NCBI GenBank assembly: GCA_903944345.1
Contig: CAJARJ010000014.1
Location: 64,990 to 128,989 of the forward strand
DNA length: 64,000 bases
Direction: 5' to 3'
Source: Candidatus Omnitrophota bacterium
GTDB taxonomy: Bacteria; Omnitrophota; Gorgyraeia; Zapsychrales; Fredricksoniimonadaceae
In this document: piece after piece, positions 51,078 to 61,214 of the stretch
Numbering within the stretch: the first letter of the stretch is position 1
Layout of the letters: every line of letters begins with the position of its first letter
Notes under the pieces: model-generated
The model's database searches: none
Told to the model about the DNA's origin: nothing
Seen by the model: the letters and a program-made list of their open reading frames with translations, nothing else
Made by a program: the position numbers and the translations under genes

Positions 51078-51273
51078 GTTCGTTTATTTTTTTACTGCCC
51101 AACACATCCACATAGCAGTTGCCCTCTGGGCTACCTTCGATAGTCTTTACCTTCTTCCGACGAAAGACAACAAGCAATATATCATACCCCTCAAAAAAAA
51201 CAACAACTTTCTCGCCGTCAGCACACTTTCTATCGCCGGAGAGCGCCCGTATTCAAACCGGACGAATCAGGAA

Positions 51274-51302
51274 TTGACTTTATCCCTGCTTTCTATTATC
51301 GT
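51274..51302 (+). promoter_or_regulatory. Sigma70 promoter for metH (leaderless geometry)
   Basis: TTGACT-17 nt-TATCGT, then 7 nt to ATG 51310; no SD. Confidence 0.55.
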
Positions 51303-51309
51303 TCTAGCC

Positions 51310-54300
51310 ATGAATAATCCCTTCTCTAAACACCCTATAGCCCAGGCGTTAAACCAACGCATTCTTGTTCTTGACGGTGCCATGGGCACCATGATCCAGC
51401 GCCACCGCTTGACCGAAGAAGCCTACCGCGGAGGCCCCCAAGGGCGTTTTGGCTCCTGGCATAGCGACCTGAAAGGCAATAACGACCTGTTGTCGCTCAC
51501 CCAGCCTGCCATCATCGCTGACATCCATCGTGCCTACCTTGAAGCTGGTGCGGATATCATTGAAACCAATACCTTTAACGCCAATCGCATTTCCATGGCG
51601 GACTATCACATGGAAAGCCTGGTTGGCGAGCTCAATCTGGCCTCTGCCCGGCTGGCACGCTCTGTCTGCGACGAATTCACCAAAAAAAATCCCGCACGCC
51701 CGCGTTTTGTTGCCGGTTCTATTGGACCCACCAATCGCACTGCGTCCATATCACCGGATGTCAATGACCCCTCCTTCCGCGCGGTCACCTTTGACCAGCT
51801 GGTTGAAGCCTACACGGAACAAATCCTTCCCTTGGCGGAAGGCGGCGTGGATTTGCTGCTCATTGAAACCATTTTTGATACCCTTAACGCCAAAGCCGCA
51901 GTCTTTGCCGCGTTGACCTTTAACGAAACAGCCGCCCGTCCTTTGCCACTCATTATTTCGGGCACCATAACTGACGCCTCGGGCAGAACCCTTTCCGGCC
52001 AGACAGCAGCGGCTTTCTGGACTTCCCTAAAGCACGCCCGTCCGCTGGCCTTTGGATTCAACTGCGCGCTCGGAGCAAAAGACCTGCGCCCGCATATTGC
52101 CGAAATTTCAGATCTGGCGGATACCTTTATCAGCGCCTACCCCAATGCCGGATTGCCAAACCAGTTCGGCGAATACGACCAAAACCCTGAAACCATGGCC
52201 GCCCTGATTCGCGAGTTTGCCATCAGCGGACTGGTCAATATTGTAGGCGGCTGCTGCGGCTCGACCCCCGAACATATCCGGGCCATTGCGAATGCAGTCA
52301 ACGCCGTACCGCCAAGAAAAATTCCTGCAATTGCTCCGGCTTCGTCCTGGAGCGGGCTCGAACCACTCGTACCGGGAACCAGCCCCGTTTTTATAAATAT
52401 CGGGGAACGCACCAATGTGACCGGATCCAAAAAATTTGCCAAACTGATTATTGAAGAAAAATACGAAGAGGCCCTGGCGATTGCCCGCCAGCAGGTCAAT
52501 GCCGGCGCCCAGATTATCGATATCAACATGGATGAAGCCATGCTGGATTCGCTCTCGGCCATGACCCGTTTTCTCAACCTGATTGCAGCGGAACCGGATA
52601 TCGCCCGCGTTCCGGTCATGATCGACTCATCCCGCTGGGATGTTATTCTCGCCGGGCTCAAATGTGTGCAGGGCAAACCGCTGGTCAATTCGATCAGCCT
52701 CAAGGAAGGTGAAGACCTTTTCCGGCAACGCGCCAACATCATCCGCAAGTTCGGGGCGGCCGCGGTTGTTATGGCGTTTGACGAGCAGGGCCAAGCGGAT
52801 ACCAAAGAACGTAAAACCGCCATCTGCTCCCGGGCCTACCGTATTCTTGTTGAAGAAGCCGGATTCCCGGCAGAAGACATCATCTTTGATCCCAATGTTT
52901 TCGCGGTGGCTACCGGGATCGAAACCCATAACCGCTACGCTCTTGATTTTATCGAGGCCGTGCGCGAAATCAAACGCACTCTGCCTCTGTGCCGGGTCTC
53001 CGGAGGGATCAGCAACGTCTCCTTCTCCTTTCGCGGCAATGAGCCTGTCCGCGGAGCCATGCATTCGTCCTTTCTTTATCACGCGATCCAGTCCGGCCTG
53101 GACATGGGAATTGTCAATGCGGGGGTCATTCCGGTCTACAACGAAATCGCCCCGGATCTTCTGGCCTGCGTCGAAGATGTTCTGCTCGACCGGCGCAAGG
53201 ATGCTACCGAGCGACTGGTCACCCTGGCCGGAACTGTCCAGACCCAGCAGCAGAAGACTGTGGAAGATGATGCCTGGCGCAAAACTTCTCTGGAAGAACG
53301 ACTGGCCCATGCTCTGGTCAAAGGGATAACAGATTTTATCGATGCCGATATAGAAGAAGCCCTGAAACTTTATCCGCGTCCGCTCTCTATTATAGAAGGG
53401 CCGCTGATGACCGGAATGAACCGGGTCGGCGATCTTTTCGGAGAAGGAAAAATGTTCCTGCCCCAGGTGGTCAAAAGCGCCCGGGTCATGAAAAAAGCCG
53501 TGGCTGTCCTGCAGCCCTTTATTGAACAGGACAAATCCTCGCAAGCCTCAAGCGCCGGGAAGATCATTATGGCCACCGTCAAGGGTGACGTCCATGATAT
53601 CGGAAAAAACATCGCAGGGATCGTTCTGGCCTGCAACAACTTTGAAATTATTGATCTGGGCGTTATGGTGCCCTGCGACCGCATCCTGGCCGCGGCACGC
53701 GAACACAAGGCCGACATCATCGGACTTTCCGGGCTGATCACCCCTTCACTTGAAGAAATGACCCATATCGCCGCGGAAATGCGCCGCCAGCATTTTTCCA
53801 TCCCGCTGATCATCGGAGGAGCAACCACCTCCGAAAAACATACCGCTGCCAGGATCGCTACGGAATACCACGGACCGGTCATCCATGTCAAAGATGCCTC
53901 GCGGGCTGCGGGGATTTGCCGCAAACTGATGGACCCCGGCACTGCGGAAACATTTATCCTTGAACAAGCGGCGCACCAGAAGATGCTGCGCGAACGCCTG
54001 GCTGCCGAACAGCAAACGGCCTGGAAACTTCTTCCTCTCAAAGAAGCCCGGCAGATGAAAACCCCGATCCAATGGTCGCAGGACATGGTCTGCTCGCCTC
54101 GCCGGATGGGCATCACCAGCTTCAAAAACTTTGATATACGCCGGATACGGGCAAGAATTGACTGGTCGTTCTTCTTTCTGGCCTGGGGCATCAAGGGGCG
54201 TTATCCTGCGCTCATGAAAGACCCCAAAACCGCCACAGAAGCCGGAAAACTTTTTACCGATGCCCAGGCCATGCTCGATCAAATCGAAAAGCGCGCACTG

Positions 54301-54990
54301 CTGCGCTGTCAGGGGGTTGCGGCCTTTTTCCCCGCCAACAGTTCCGGAGACGATATCGAAGTTTACACTGACGAAACCCGCAGCAAACTCGCAGCGCGTT
54401 TTGCGACCCTGCGTCAGCAAGTGTTCAAGCCGGAAGGCGAGCCCTGCCGCGCGCTGGCCGATTTTGTGGCACCGGTTTCGTCCGGGCTCAAAGACTATCT
54501 TGGAATGTTCGCCGTGACCTCCGCAGAAGGCATGACAGAGGCCGTCAAACTCTACCGCGGTGATGACTACAACATAATCATGCTCAAAATTCTGGCTGAT
54601 CGTCTGGCGGAAGGCTTTGCCGAAGTCCTGCACGAAACCGTCCGCAAAGACCTCTGGGGTTACTCACCGGACGAACAACTGACCAACGAAGACATTATTG
54701 CCTGCCGTTATCGCGGCATCCGACCGGCTCCGGGATATCCCGCCTGCCCCGATCATACCGACAAGGCAGCCATCTGGCAGCTGACGGATGCCCAGGCCAG
54801 AACCGGCATCAGCCTGACAGAAAGCTTCATGATGCTCCCGGCGGCATCAGTCTGCGGATTTTACTTCTCCCACCCCGTAGCCACCTATTTTCCTATCGGA
54901 CGCATTGACCACGAACAGCTCTGCGACTATGCACAACGCAAAAACTGGACCATCGAAGAAGCCCAAAAATGGCTGGCCCCGCTGATCTGA
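51310..54990 (+). CDS. metH: Cobalamin-dependent methionine synthase
   Basis: [40 protein letters not shown]12 motif [26 protein letters not shown]. Confidence 0.98.
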   Translation: MNNPFSKHPIAQALNQRILVLDGAMGTMIQRHRLTEEAYRGGPQGRFGSWHSDLKGNNDLLSLTQPAIIADIHRAYLEAGADIIETNTFNANRISMADYHMESLVGELNLASARLARSVCDEFTKKNPARPRFVAGSIGPTNRTASISPDVNDPSFRAVTFDQLVEAYTEQILPLAEGGVDLLLIETIFDTLNAKAAVFAALTFNETAARPLPLIISGTITDASGRTLSGQTAAAFWTSLKHARPLAFGFNCALGAKDLRPHIAEISDLADTFISAYPNAGLPNQFGEYDQNPETMAALIREFAISGLVNIVGGCCGSTPEHIRAIANAVNAVPPRKIPAIAPASSWSGLEPLVPGTSPVFINIGERTNVTGSKKFAKLIIEEKYEEALAIARQQVNAGAQIIDINMDEAMLDSLSAMTRFLNLIAAEPDIARVPVMIDSSRWDVILAGLKCVQGKPLVNSISLKEGEDLFRQRANIIRKFGAAAVVMAFDEQGQADTKERKTAICSRAYRILVEEAGFPAEDIIFDPNVFAVATGIETHNRYALDFIEAVREIKRTLPLCRVSGGISNVSFSFRGNEPVRGAMHSSFLYHAIQSGLDMGIVNAGVIPVYNEIAPDLLACVEDVLLDRRKDATERLVTLAGTVQTQQQKTVEDDAWRKTSLEERLAHALVKGITDFIDADIEEALKLYPRPLSIIEGPLMTGMNRVGDLFGEGKMFLPQVVKSARVMKKAVAVLQPFIEQDKSSQASSAGKIIMATVKGDVHDIGKNIAGIVLACNNFEIIDLGVMVPCDRILAAAREHKADIIGLSGLITPSLEEMTHIAAEMRRQHFSIPLIIGGATTSEKHTAARIATEYHGPVIHVKDASRAAGICRKLMDPGTAETFILEQAAHQKMLRERLAAEQQTAWKLLPLKEARQMKTPIQWSQDMVCSPRRMGITSFKNFDIRRIRARIDWSFFFLAWGIKGRYPALMKDPKTATEAGKLFTDAQAMLDQIEKRALLRCQGVAAFFPANSSGDDIEVYTDETRSKLAARFATLRQQVFKPEGEPCRALADFVAPVSSGLKDYLGMFAVTSAEGMTEAVKLYRGDDYNIIMLKILADRLAEGFAEVLHETVRKDLWGYSPDEQLTNEDIIACRYRGIRPAPGYPACPDHTDKAAIWQLTDAQARTGISLTESFMMLPAASVCGFYFSHPVATYFPIGRIDHEQLCDYAQRKNWTIEEAQKWLAPLI

Positions 54991-55022
54991 TCAAACGCAG
55001 AAATGTAAATTGAGGATATCGC

Positions 55023-55406
55023 TTAGATAATGTCGGCCTGAGCGGCAAGCAGATCAGCCACCCGGTTAACGATGATCGGGTAGTCCAGCAGTTTGGATAA
55101 ACCAGGATAATCTTTTCCCTTGACCGGAACCACAACATCTTCCGCAGCGGTCACAGAAGTCAGGAATAAAACAGGAATATCTTTAAGCACCGGATTCTCG
55201 CGGATCCGCATGACTGTTTCAACGCCATCCTGCTCAGGCATAAGTAAATCCATCAATATCAGGTTCGGCCTGATCCTGGCGGCCACAAGTTCGCCTTCCC
55301 TGCCGGTAGCGGCCACAACAACCTCATAGCCTGCCCGGGAAAGGACAAACCTCATGTTTTCGGCGTAGTCAGCGGCATCATCCACAATCAATACGGTTTT
55401 CATCAC
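55023..55406 (-). CDS. Single-domain response regulator
   Basis: VLIVDD, MDLLMPEQDG, IPVLFLT. Confidence 0.85.
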   Translation of the reverse strand: MMKTVLIVDDAADYAENMRFVLSRAGYEVVVAATGREGELVAARIRPNLILMDLLMPEQDGVETVMRIRENPVLKDIPVLFLTSVTAAEDVVVPVKGKDYPGLSKLLDYPIIVNRVADLLAAQADII

Positions 55407-55458
55407 GGCTCCGAAATCTTTTCTGTTTCCTGTATTATCTACCCTTCAGGCAGTTTGG

Positions 55459-56949
55459 TCACGCAAATTCTCTGATCAATCGAATAAATTCCGGTCCGAA
55501 CCATTCGAGCTTCTTTTCTCCGACACCCGTGATCGCCAGAAAACTTTCCCTGTCGCAGGGACGCTGCCGGGCCATTTCCCGTAAAGAGGTATCGGCAAAG
55601 ATTACAAACGGCGGGACGCCCCGCGCATCCGCCAGACGTTTACGCAATCTGCGCAATTGCTCAAAAAGCTCGTCGCCGTCATGCGCTTTTCCGAACGCGG
55701 CAACCTTGTGCGTTTTAGGCATCTCCGGCTCAACCGCACGCGGCAGACAACGGTCACAACCTGCGCAATTGCCGTGCGGCCAGGGTTCACCAAAATACTC
55801 CATAAGAAATTTCCGCCGGCAAAGATGGCTGTCACAAAACGCCATCATCCGCTCCAATTTCTCCTGCGCCCGACGGCGTTCATCCTTATCAGCGATCCTG
55901 TCAATAAAGTATTCCTGCCGGAAACGATCCGCATAGGAATAAAACAACACACACCCCGCAGGCAGGCCATCCCGGCCCGCGCGTCCGGTTTCCTGGTAAT
56001 ACCCTTCCAGCGAAGCCGGCAAAGCGTAATGCACCACCAGACGAATGTCCGGTTTATCTATCCCCATCCCGAAAGCAACCGTAGCGGTAATAATCGGCGT
56101 TTCATCTTTGATAAAACGATCCTGAATGGCATGCCGGTCGGAGGCATCCAGCCCGGCGTGATACGCCTCAGCCCGAAACCCGCGAGCACAAAGAGCCTGC
56201 GCCAGGGTTTCAGTCTCCTTGCGGGAAAAACAATAAATAATCGCTGAAGCATCCCGATAACGCTCCTGATGCAAAAGAGCACTCAAAGCCTCAAGCGCTT
56301 TCTTTCGGGGACGAATATCATAATGCAGGTTGGGACGATTAAAACTGGAAACAAAAAAACGCGGAGTTTTAAGCTCCAGCTGGGTCACAATATCCTTGGT
56401 AACCCGTCGGGTGGCCGTAGCCGTCAGGGCAACAAACCCGACAGCCGGAAAATCTTCCCGCAACGTCTTGATGGACAAGTAGTCCGGACGAAAATCATGC
56501 CCCCACTGGGACACGCAGTGCGCTTCATCCACAGCAACGCAACTGACAGGCAATTCGCGCAGAAAAGAACGAAAACCATCGAGAGCCAATCGCTCCGGCG
56601 CCAGATAAAGCAGTTTAACCGTGCCCTTCCTGAGCCCGGACATAACCTGACCGATCTGACTGGCGTTCATGCTGCTGTTGATGACCGCAGCCGGAACACC
56701 TCCGGCCTGCAAGCCATCCACCTGGTCTTTCATAAGAGCAATCAGGGGAGAAACCACCAGCGTTATCCCCTCGAACACCAGCGCCGGCAACTGATAACAG
56801 ACAGACTTGCCGCCTCCGGTAGGCATAAGCACCACAGCGTCGGCTCCGGTCAGGACATGCCTGACAATGTCCTCCTGCATCGGACGAAACCGGTCAAAAC
56901 CAAAATAGGTCTTAAGCAGTTCCAGCAAATGAACATCATTTTCTTTCAT
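55459..56949 (-). CDS. recQ: RecQ DNA helicase (helicase, Zn-binding and HRDC domains)
   Basis: MPTGGGKS, DEAHCVSQWGHDFRPDY, AFGMGIDK, QETGRAGRDG, CRR...C..CDRC, HRDC VPPFVIF.D. Confidence 0.95.
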   Translation of the reverse strand: MKENDVHLLELLKTYFGFDRFRPMQEDIVRHVLTGADAVVLMPTGGGKSVCYQLPALVFEGITLVVSPLIALMKDQVDGLQAGGVPAAVINSSMNASQIGQVMSGLRKGTVKLLYLAPERLALDGFRSFLRELPVSCVAVDEAHCVSQWGHDFRPDYLSIKTLREDFPAVGFVALTATATRRVTKDIVTQLELKTPRFFVSSFNRPNLHYDIRPRKKALEALSALLHQERYRDASAIIYCFSRKETETLAQALCARGFRAEAYHAGLDASDRHAIQDRFIKDETPIITATVAFGMGIDKPDIRLVVHYALPASLEGYYQETGRAGRDGLPAGCVLFYSYADRFRQEYFIDRIADKDERRRAQEKLERMMAFCDSHLCRRKFLMEYFGEPWPHGNCAGCDRCLPRAVEPEMPKTHKVAAFGKAHDGDELFEQLRRLRKRLADARGVPPFVIFADTSLREMARQRPCDRESFLAITGVGEKKLEWFGPEFIRLIREFA

Positions 56950-56954
56950 AAAGG

Positions 56955-56991
56955 ATTCTAGCACGAAAAAGTGCTCCGCACGCAAAAGTCT
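56955..56991 (-). promoter_or_regulatory. Extended -10 promoter of recQ with an overlapping palindrome (candidate LexA site)
   Basis: TGcTAGAAT 5 nt before the ATG; GCAC-GAAAAA-GTGC at 56961-56974. Confidence 0.5.
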
Positions 56992-57010
56992 GACGACAAA
57001 TAAGCAGCAT

Positions 57011-59059
57011 TTAAAAACGATACTCCACGCTCAAGCGGTAATTACGACCCGGGCTGGGGTAATAAAACCGGTCCGAATAAAGCGTCGAAGAATTAAAAGC
57101 ATACCCGGCCATTTCCGCATACTCTTTATCCAGCAGATTGTTAACCCCCACCGACAGTTTCCAGTCCTGTATTGTCCATAGAATGTTGGTATCCATAACC
57201 ATATAGCCGTTCACCCGGCCCTGGGCATTGGCCTGGTCATTAAGACCATAACGGCGCCCGACATACGAGGAGCCGACATCCCAGTTCAAGTCTCTGGATA
57301 AAAGAACTCTCAGCCCCAGTGCCGCTTTATGCCGGGGAACCAAAGGAATACTGTTGCCGTTATAAATGCCGTTTTCAAACTCGGCCTCGGTCAAGGAGTA
57401 GTTACCATAAACCGACAGGCTCCCGGCCAGCCGAATATCTGCCGACGAAGTCAGCCCCTGGTGAGTGGTGCGGTCGTAATTCTCGTTCTTGCCAAACCCC
57501 CATGGTCCGCCATTGGAATTATAGTAAAGCTCGTCCTCCATGTTTGTCCGAAACAGCGCCACCGAAGCCTTTCTGCCCTCGGCGAACTGGTGCCTGACCC
57601 CCAACTGAAAGGTCCTGGCTGTCTGTGGACGTAAAGAAGTATCCAGCTGCTGCTGGAAAGCGGCATCCTGGTAAGAAAACTCGTCAACTGCGGGAAAACG
57701 AAAACTCTGTGCCATGTCCGCAAAAACATTTGAAGCAGGCGCATATTCATACACCAGCCCGTTATTCCATGCCCGCATCACTGGCCGGGTTTTCGTGTCC
57801 TGGTCGGGATAGGGATGCCCCCAACTGGTCGTGTCATAATCATGATAATTAAACGCATACCGGGCCGTCTCATAACGCACCCCCGTAATAAAACTCAACG
57901 GATCCAGAAGCGCCAGTTCATTCTGGATATAGCCTGCCAGCGACGACTTGGTCACATGGGTGTAATTCTGGAGCGACTGATCATCCATATACTCGTTCTG
58001 GGACGAACGATAAAATGATTTATAAAGGTCAGCGCCCGCAACCAGACGGTTGTCGCGGCCTGCCAGTTGCAGCTGCCATACATGCCGGGGTGTCAGGCCA
58101 AAGGTTTCGATATCATTGCGCAAAGTAGGATTGCCCGAACTAAGAAAGAACGAGTCTGTCTTTTTGCGGCGGTAACTGAAATCCAGCAAAGACTCGCCCT
58201 TATCCATAGACTGATTCTTAAGCCCGATCACAACATAATCATCCCCGTTCTTTGTATAATCTTCGGCATAACGCGCATAACGCCGGCCATACTGGTCAAT
58301 ATGGTTCTGCCAGAGAGCGCCAGGCATGCCGTAACGGGCTGTATGGCTCCCCGCTCCGAGACTGACCGCGAAAGTATCCGTCAGTTCAAGTGCGGTGTTC
58401 ATGGAAAAGTTTTCTGTCCGGCTGAAAGAATTCATCCGGTAACCGTTAGACTCGCTGCGTCCGGCATCAAAACGATAATCATAACGATTTGCGGCCCCCC
58501 CACTGACAGAGACACTCTGATCCAGCGCACCATAACTTCCTGCCCCGGCTTTGAGAACCCCCTGAAGACTCCCGGAACCGCGTTTACTGACAATATTAAT
58601 AACACCGCTTGAAGCGTTGTCGCCATAAAGCACTCCGCCTGCACCCGAGCGCAATATTTCTATTCTTTCAATCCGTTCAACAGGAATCTGTGCCCAGTCC
58701 ACCCCGCCAAGATCCACATCGTTAAGCCTGCGTCCGTCAAGCATAACCAGGACATTGAGAGCCCCCTGCTCGCCAAATCCCGCAATATCTACCGCCGTCT
58801 TCATACCATTCCCGTACCAGTCACGCACATCCAGTCCGGGTTGGGAACGCATGACGTCCGCCACGGTCCGCGCATTCATCTGTTGCAATTCTTCCTGGCT
58901 TATCACGGTCAAATCAGCGGCAGTTTTCCCGGCCAAATCCTCATACCGAAACGGTGTAATCACCAGCCGGCCCAGATCCCCTCCTTCTGCGGACCAGAGC
59001 AATCCGGCTGTCATTTCCACAAAAAGTACTACCATCAACAGGACTCTTCCTAAAAACAT
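57011..59059 (-). CDS. TonB-dependent outer-membrane receptor, BtuB-like (cobalamin)
   Basis: Plug motifs LVMLDGRRL, IERIEIL...LYG..A.SGVINI; VNNLLDKEY...PGRNY...YRF end; directly downstream of a cobalamin riboswitch. Confidence 0.88.
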   Translation of the reverse strand: MFLGRVLLMVVLFVEMTAGLLWSAEGGDLGRLVITPFRYEDLAGKTAADLTVISQEELQQMNARTVADVMRSQPGLDVRDWYGNGMKTAVDIAGFGEQGALNVLVMLDGRRLNDVDLGGVDWAQIPVERIERIEILRSGAGGVLYGDNASSGVINIVSKRGSGSLQGVLKAGAGSYGALDQSVSVSGGAANRYDYRFDAGRSESNGYRMNSFSRTENFSMNTALELTDTFAVSLGAGSHTARYGMPGALWQNHIDQYGRRYARYAEDYTKNGDDYVVIGLKNQSMDKGESLLDFSYRRKKTDSFFLSSGNPTLRNDIETFGLTPRHVWQLQLAGRDNRLVAGADLYKSFYRSSQNEYMDDQSLQNYTHVTKSSLAGYIQNELALLDPLSFITGVRYETARYAFNYHDYDTTSWGHPYPDQDTKTRPVMRAWNNGLVYEYAPASNVFADMAQSFRFPAVDEFSYQDAAFQQQLDTSLRPQTARTFQLGVRHQFAEGRKASVALFRTNMEDELYYNSNGGPWGFGKNENYDRTTHQGLTSSADIRLAGSLSVYGNYSLTEAEFENGIYNGNSIPLVPRHKAALGLRVLLSRDLNWDVGSSYVGRRYGLNDQANAQGRVNGYMVMDTNILWTIQDWKLSVGVNNLLDKEYAEMAGYAFNSSTLYSDRFYYPSPGRNYRLSVEYRF

Positions 59060-59074
59060 AATACCCCTTTCATG

Positions 59075-59109
59075 AAAAAACCCTTTTGCTACCGAAGTAA
59101 CAAAAGGGG
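59075..59109 (-). terminator. Riboswitch-associated terminator/attenuator
   Basis: CCCTTTTGTTAC-TTCG-GTAGCAAAAGGG-TTTTTT, ~15 nt before the receptor ATG. Confidence 0.8.
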
Positions 59110-59140
59110 TCTATAAAATTAAACAGTTTATGGACGCCTT

Positions 59141-59297
59141 ATGCCGTTACGCGCAGCATGATCGCATTATATTGTTCAGGTCTTCTGACTTGCCGCGCAG
59201 GATTTTTCCTGCGCACGGCTCACAGTAGCGCGACTGTCCGTGAATTTCACACGGTTTCCCTGACATCAAATTTTAGATAGAGACTTGCCTCCTGAAG
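59141..59297 (-). ncRNA. Cobalamin riboswitch (compact form)
   Basis: AGGGAA-ACCGTGTGAAATTCACGG-ACAGT(CGCGCT)ACTGT...AAGTCAGAAGACCTG (B12 box). Downstream hairpin ATGCTG(CGCGTAA)CGGCAT can kiss loop L5 through CGCG. Confidence 0.9.
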
Positions 59298-59299
59298 TT

Positions 59300-59806
59300 T
59301 CAGTCTCTGAGTAACACAGGAGCCAGCCGGGTGCCTTTGACCCGACGGACAAAAAATTCATATGAACCAAACAGAACAACAGTATACACAAGCGTGCTGG
59401 CCAACATCGTCCGGAAGAAAGGCACGGCAAGCGCATAGCACTCAAAAAGGCCTTCCCGGGTCAGCGGATAATACGCCAGCCAGGCTCCGAAATTGGTGAC
59501 CAAAAAGAACACCACCGCCGAAACGACCGCACCGGAAAGAATCCGTGAAGGACGGTTAGCCTGACGAACCCACAAACCGATCAAACCAGTCAGAAGAACA
59601 CTTCCCCAGGTAAACGCAAGCGTCGGATGCAAACCCAAAAGAAGATCCGTGCCGATCATAAGAACAAGCGGCAGCCATAGCGCCTGGGAACGGCGCAAGT
59701 AAACACCGCCAAACAAGGCGATGGCCAGAACGGGAGAAAAATTGGGAGCATGCGGCAGTAACCGCGCCAGGGAACCGACAATTAACAGAACAAGTACAAG
59801 AACCAT
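59300..59806 (-). CDS. DUF6580/BtuM-like ECF S-component-type membrane transporter
   Basis: RLLPHAPNFSPVLAIALFGG, FFLVTNFGAW, YP.T..GL..CY..AVPFF; 5-6 TM; adjacent to the B12 riboswitch and receptor. Confidence 0.7.
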   Translation of the reverse strand: MVLVLVLLIVGSLARLLPHAPNFSPVLAIALFGGVYLRRSQALWLPLVLMIGTDLLLGLHPTLAFTWGSVLLTGLIGLWVRQANRPSRILSGAVVSAVVFFLVTNFGAWLAYYPLTREGLFECYALAVPFFRTMLASTLVYTVVLFGSYEFFVRRVKGTRLAPVLLRD

Positions 59807-59854
59807 GCATGCCTCCTGATATCTGAAAACACAGACAAATCCATTTTGTCCGGA

Positions 59855-60229
59855 TTAAACCTCGGCGACAACCTCGATCTCGACCAAAACATCCTTGGGG
59901 ATACGCGCAACCTGCAAGGTTGAGCGGGCCGGGAAATTTGAAGGTATATACTGACTGTAAACTTTATTCATTCCGGCGAAATCATTAAGATCCTTAAGAA
60001 ACACCGTAACCTTGACCACCCGGGACAAAGAGGATCCGGCATCTGCCAGAACGAGCTTGATGTTCTCGAAAACCCGCAAAGTCTGCTCTTCAATGCCTCC
60101 CGCAACCACCTGACCGGTCAACGGATCAAGCGGAATCTGACCGGCACAAAAGACCAGATTCCCGGAAATAACTGCGTGATTATACGGCCCTAAAGGTTTG
60201 GGAGCCTGCACTGGCTGAACAATTTTCAT
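59855..60229 (-). CDS. ridA: RidA/YjgF-family enamine deaminase
   Basis: APKPLGPY, GQIPLDP, VVKVTVFL, PARS..QVARIP, VEIEVVA. Confidence 0.95.
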   Translation of the reverse strand: MKIVQPVQAPKPLGPYNHAVISGNLVFCAGQIPLDPLTGQVVAGGIEEQTLRVFENIKLVLADAGSSLSRVVKVTVFLKDLNDFAGMNKVYSQYIPSNFPARSTLQVARIPKDVLVEIEVVAEV

Positions 60230-60263
60230 AAGAAAACTCCTGTTGATATTCCAATGAATGCCA

Positions 60264-60292
60264 ATAATACCCTGCCGCCAGGATTATGGCAA
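60264..60292 (-). promoter_or_regulatory. Sigma70 promoter for ridA
   Basis: TTGCCA-17 nt-TATTAT; AGGAG RBS. Confidence 0.65.
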
Positions 60293-60299
60293 GCGTAAA

Positions 60300-61175
60300 T
60301 CAAAGATTCCTGGGTTTACGAAAAACCACCAGCCAGGAACTGTTCAAATTTGAATAAAAAACATTCGGATAACCCAGAAGAACCAGCCGACGCTGATCGT
60401 TTTGGTCCCAGACGATCAAATCGTGATGTTTCCAGCCTGCCGCAACACCAAGATTGATAATATCCGCATGGACCGGAATATACTGCGCACCGTTATGCGA
60501 ATCCCGCTGGTCACGAACAACCCACACGCTGTAACCGCCTTCGCGGGTTACTCCAAACACTTTCCTGAAAACATTTTTAAGTTCATCCAGATACATGCGA
60601 TACCCGAAATTGCCAAAATCATCCAGACGCAGGCTATGCGCGGGCACACGCTCGGACATTTCTTCGAGTTGATCCGTCTTGCGCGGACGACCCGGCCCCT
60701 TGGGTTTGGGTGGACGAATATCAAAATTGGGATACGGCGGAGCCGTCAGCGTAACCTGGACCGAACCCAAAAACACATGCTTTTCCATGGCTCGGCAGTC
60801 GTCGCAAATGATCTCGTGGCGTAAAGCCTGATGCGTCCCGAACAGATCGGTCTTTTCCTTGTCAATAAGAGTCCGGGCAAGCTCACAGAAGCGGGACTGC
60901 AGTTCGATACCAACACCTACCCGGCCAAGCTTGGCGGCCGCAACAACCGTAGTTCCGATCCCCGCAAAAGGATCAAATACCAAATCCCCTTCTTTTGAAT
61001 AAAGGGTCACCACCCGCTCGGCCAGCGCCAGAGGAAAAGTTGCTCCGTGTAAAAGATGATACGACTGCCGCGGCGAACTGACATCGTTCCAGACATTCTT
61101 GCTTAATACAGTCCAGTCTTTGGCCGAAAGGCCATTAAAAGATTCGTCAGCGGGTCTGGTCATGCGGCCCTCCAT
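60300..61175 (-). CDS. Orphan N4/N6 DNA methyltransferase-like protein (motif I before motif IV)
   Basis: HGATFP, FDPFAGIGTT (motif I), GIEL, TAPPY (motif IV variant), IVW. Confidence 0.75.
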   Translation of the reverse strand: MEGRMTRPADESFNGLSAKDWTVLSKNVWNDVSSPRQSYHLLHGATFPLALAERVVTLYSKEGDLVFDPFAGIGTTVVAAAKLGRVGVGIELQSRFCELARTLIDKEKTDLFGTHQALRHEIICDDCRAMEKHVFLGSVQVTLTAPPYPNFDIRPPKPKGPGRPRKTDQLEEMSERVPAHSLRLDDFGNFGYRMYLDELKNVFRKVFGVTREGGYSVWVVRDQRDSHNGAQYIPVHADIINLGVAAGWKHHDLIVWDQNDQRRLVLLGYPNVFYSNLNSSWLVVFRKPRNL

Positions 61176-61214
61176 GATGGGAAGTGTCCAATGCCAGATA
61201 CTAGCATAAAAACG

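Noticed and set aside
50884-51177. 97-aa minus-strand ORF, or short peptides upstream of the MTase, as a signal peptide precursor
   Set aside because: TTG start without an RBS, and it reads through a strong terminator; the other micro-ORFs lack RBS or pattern.
51085-51270. preQ1-I, SAM or SAH riboswitch near metH/MTase
   Set aside because: The stem plus A-tail lacks the ligand-pairing C of preQ1-I; no SAM-I/II or SAH consensus found by eye.
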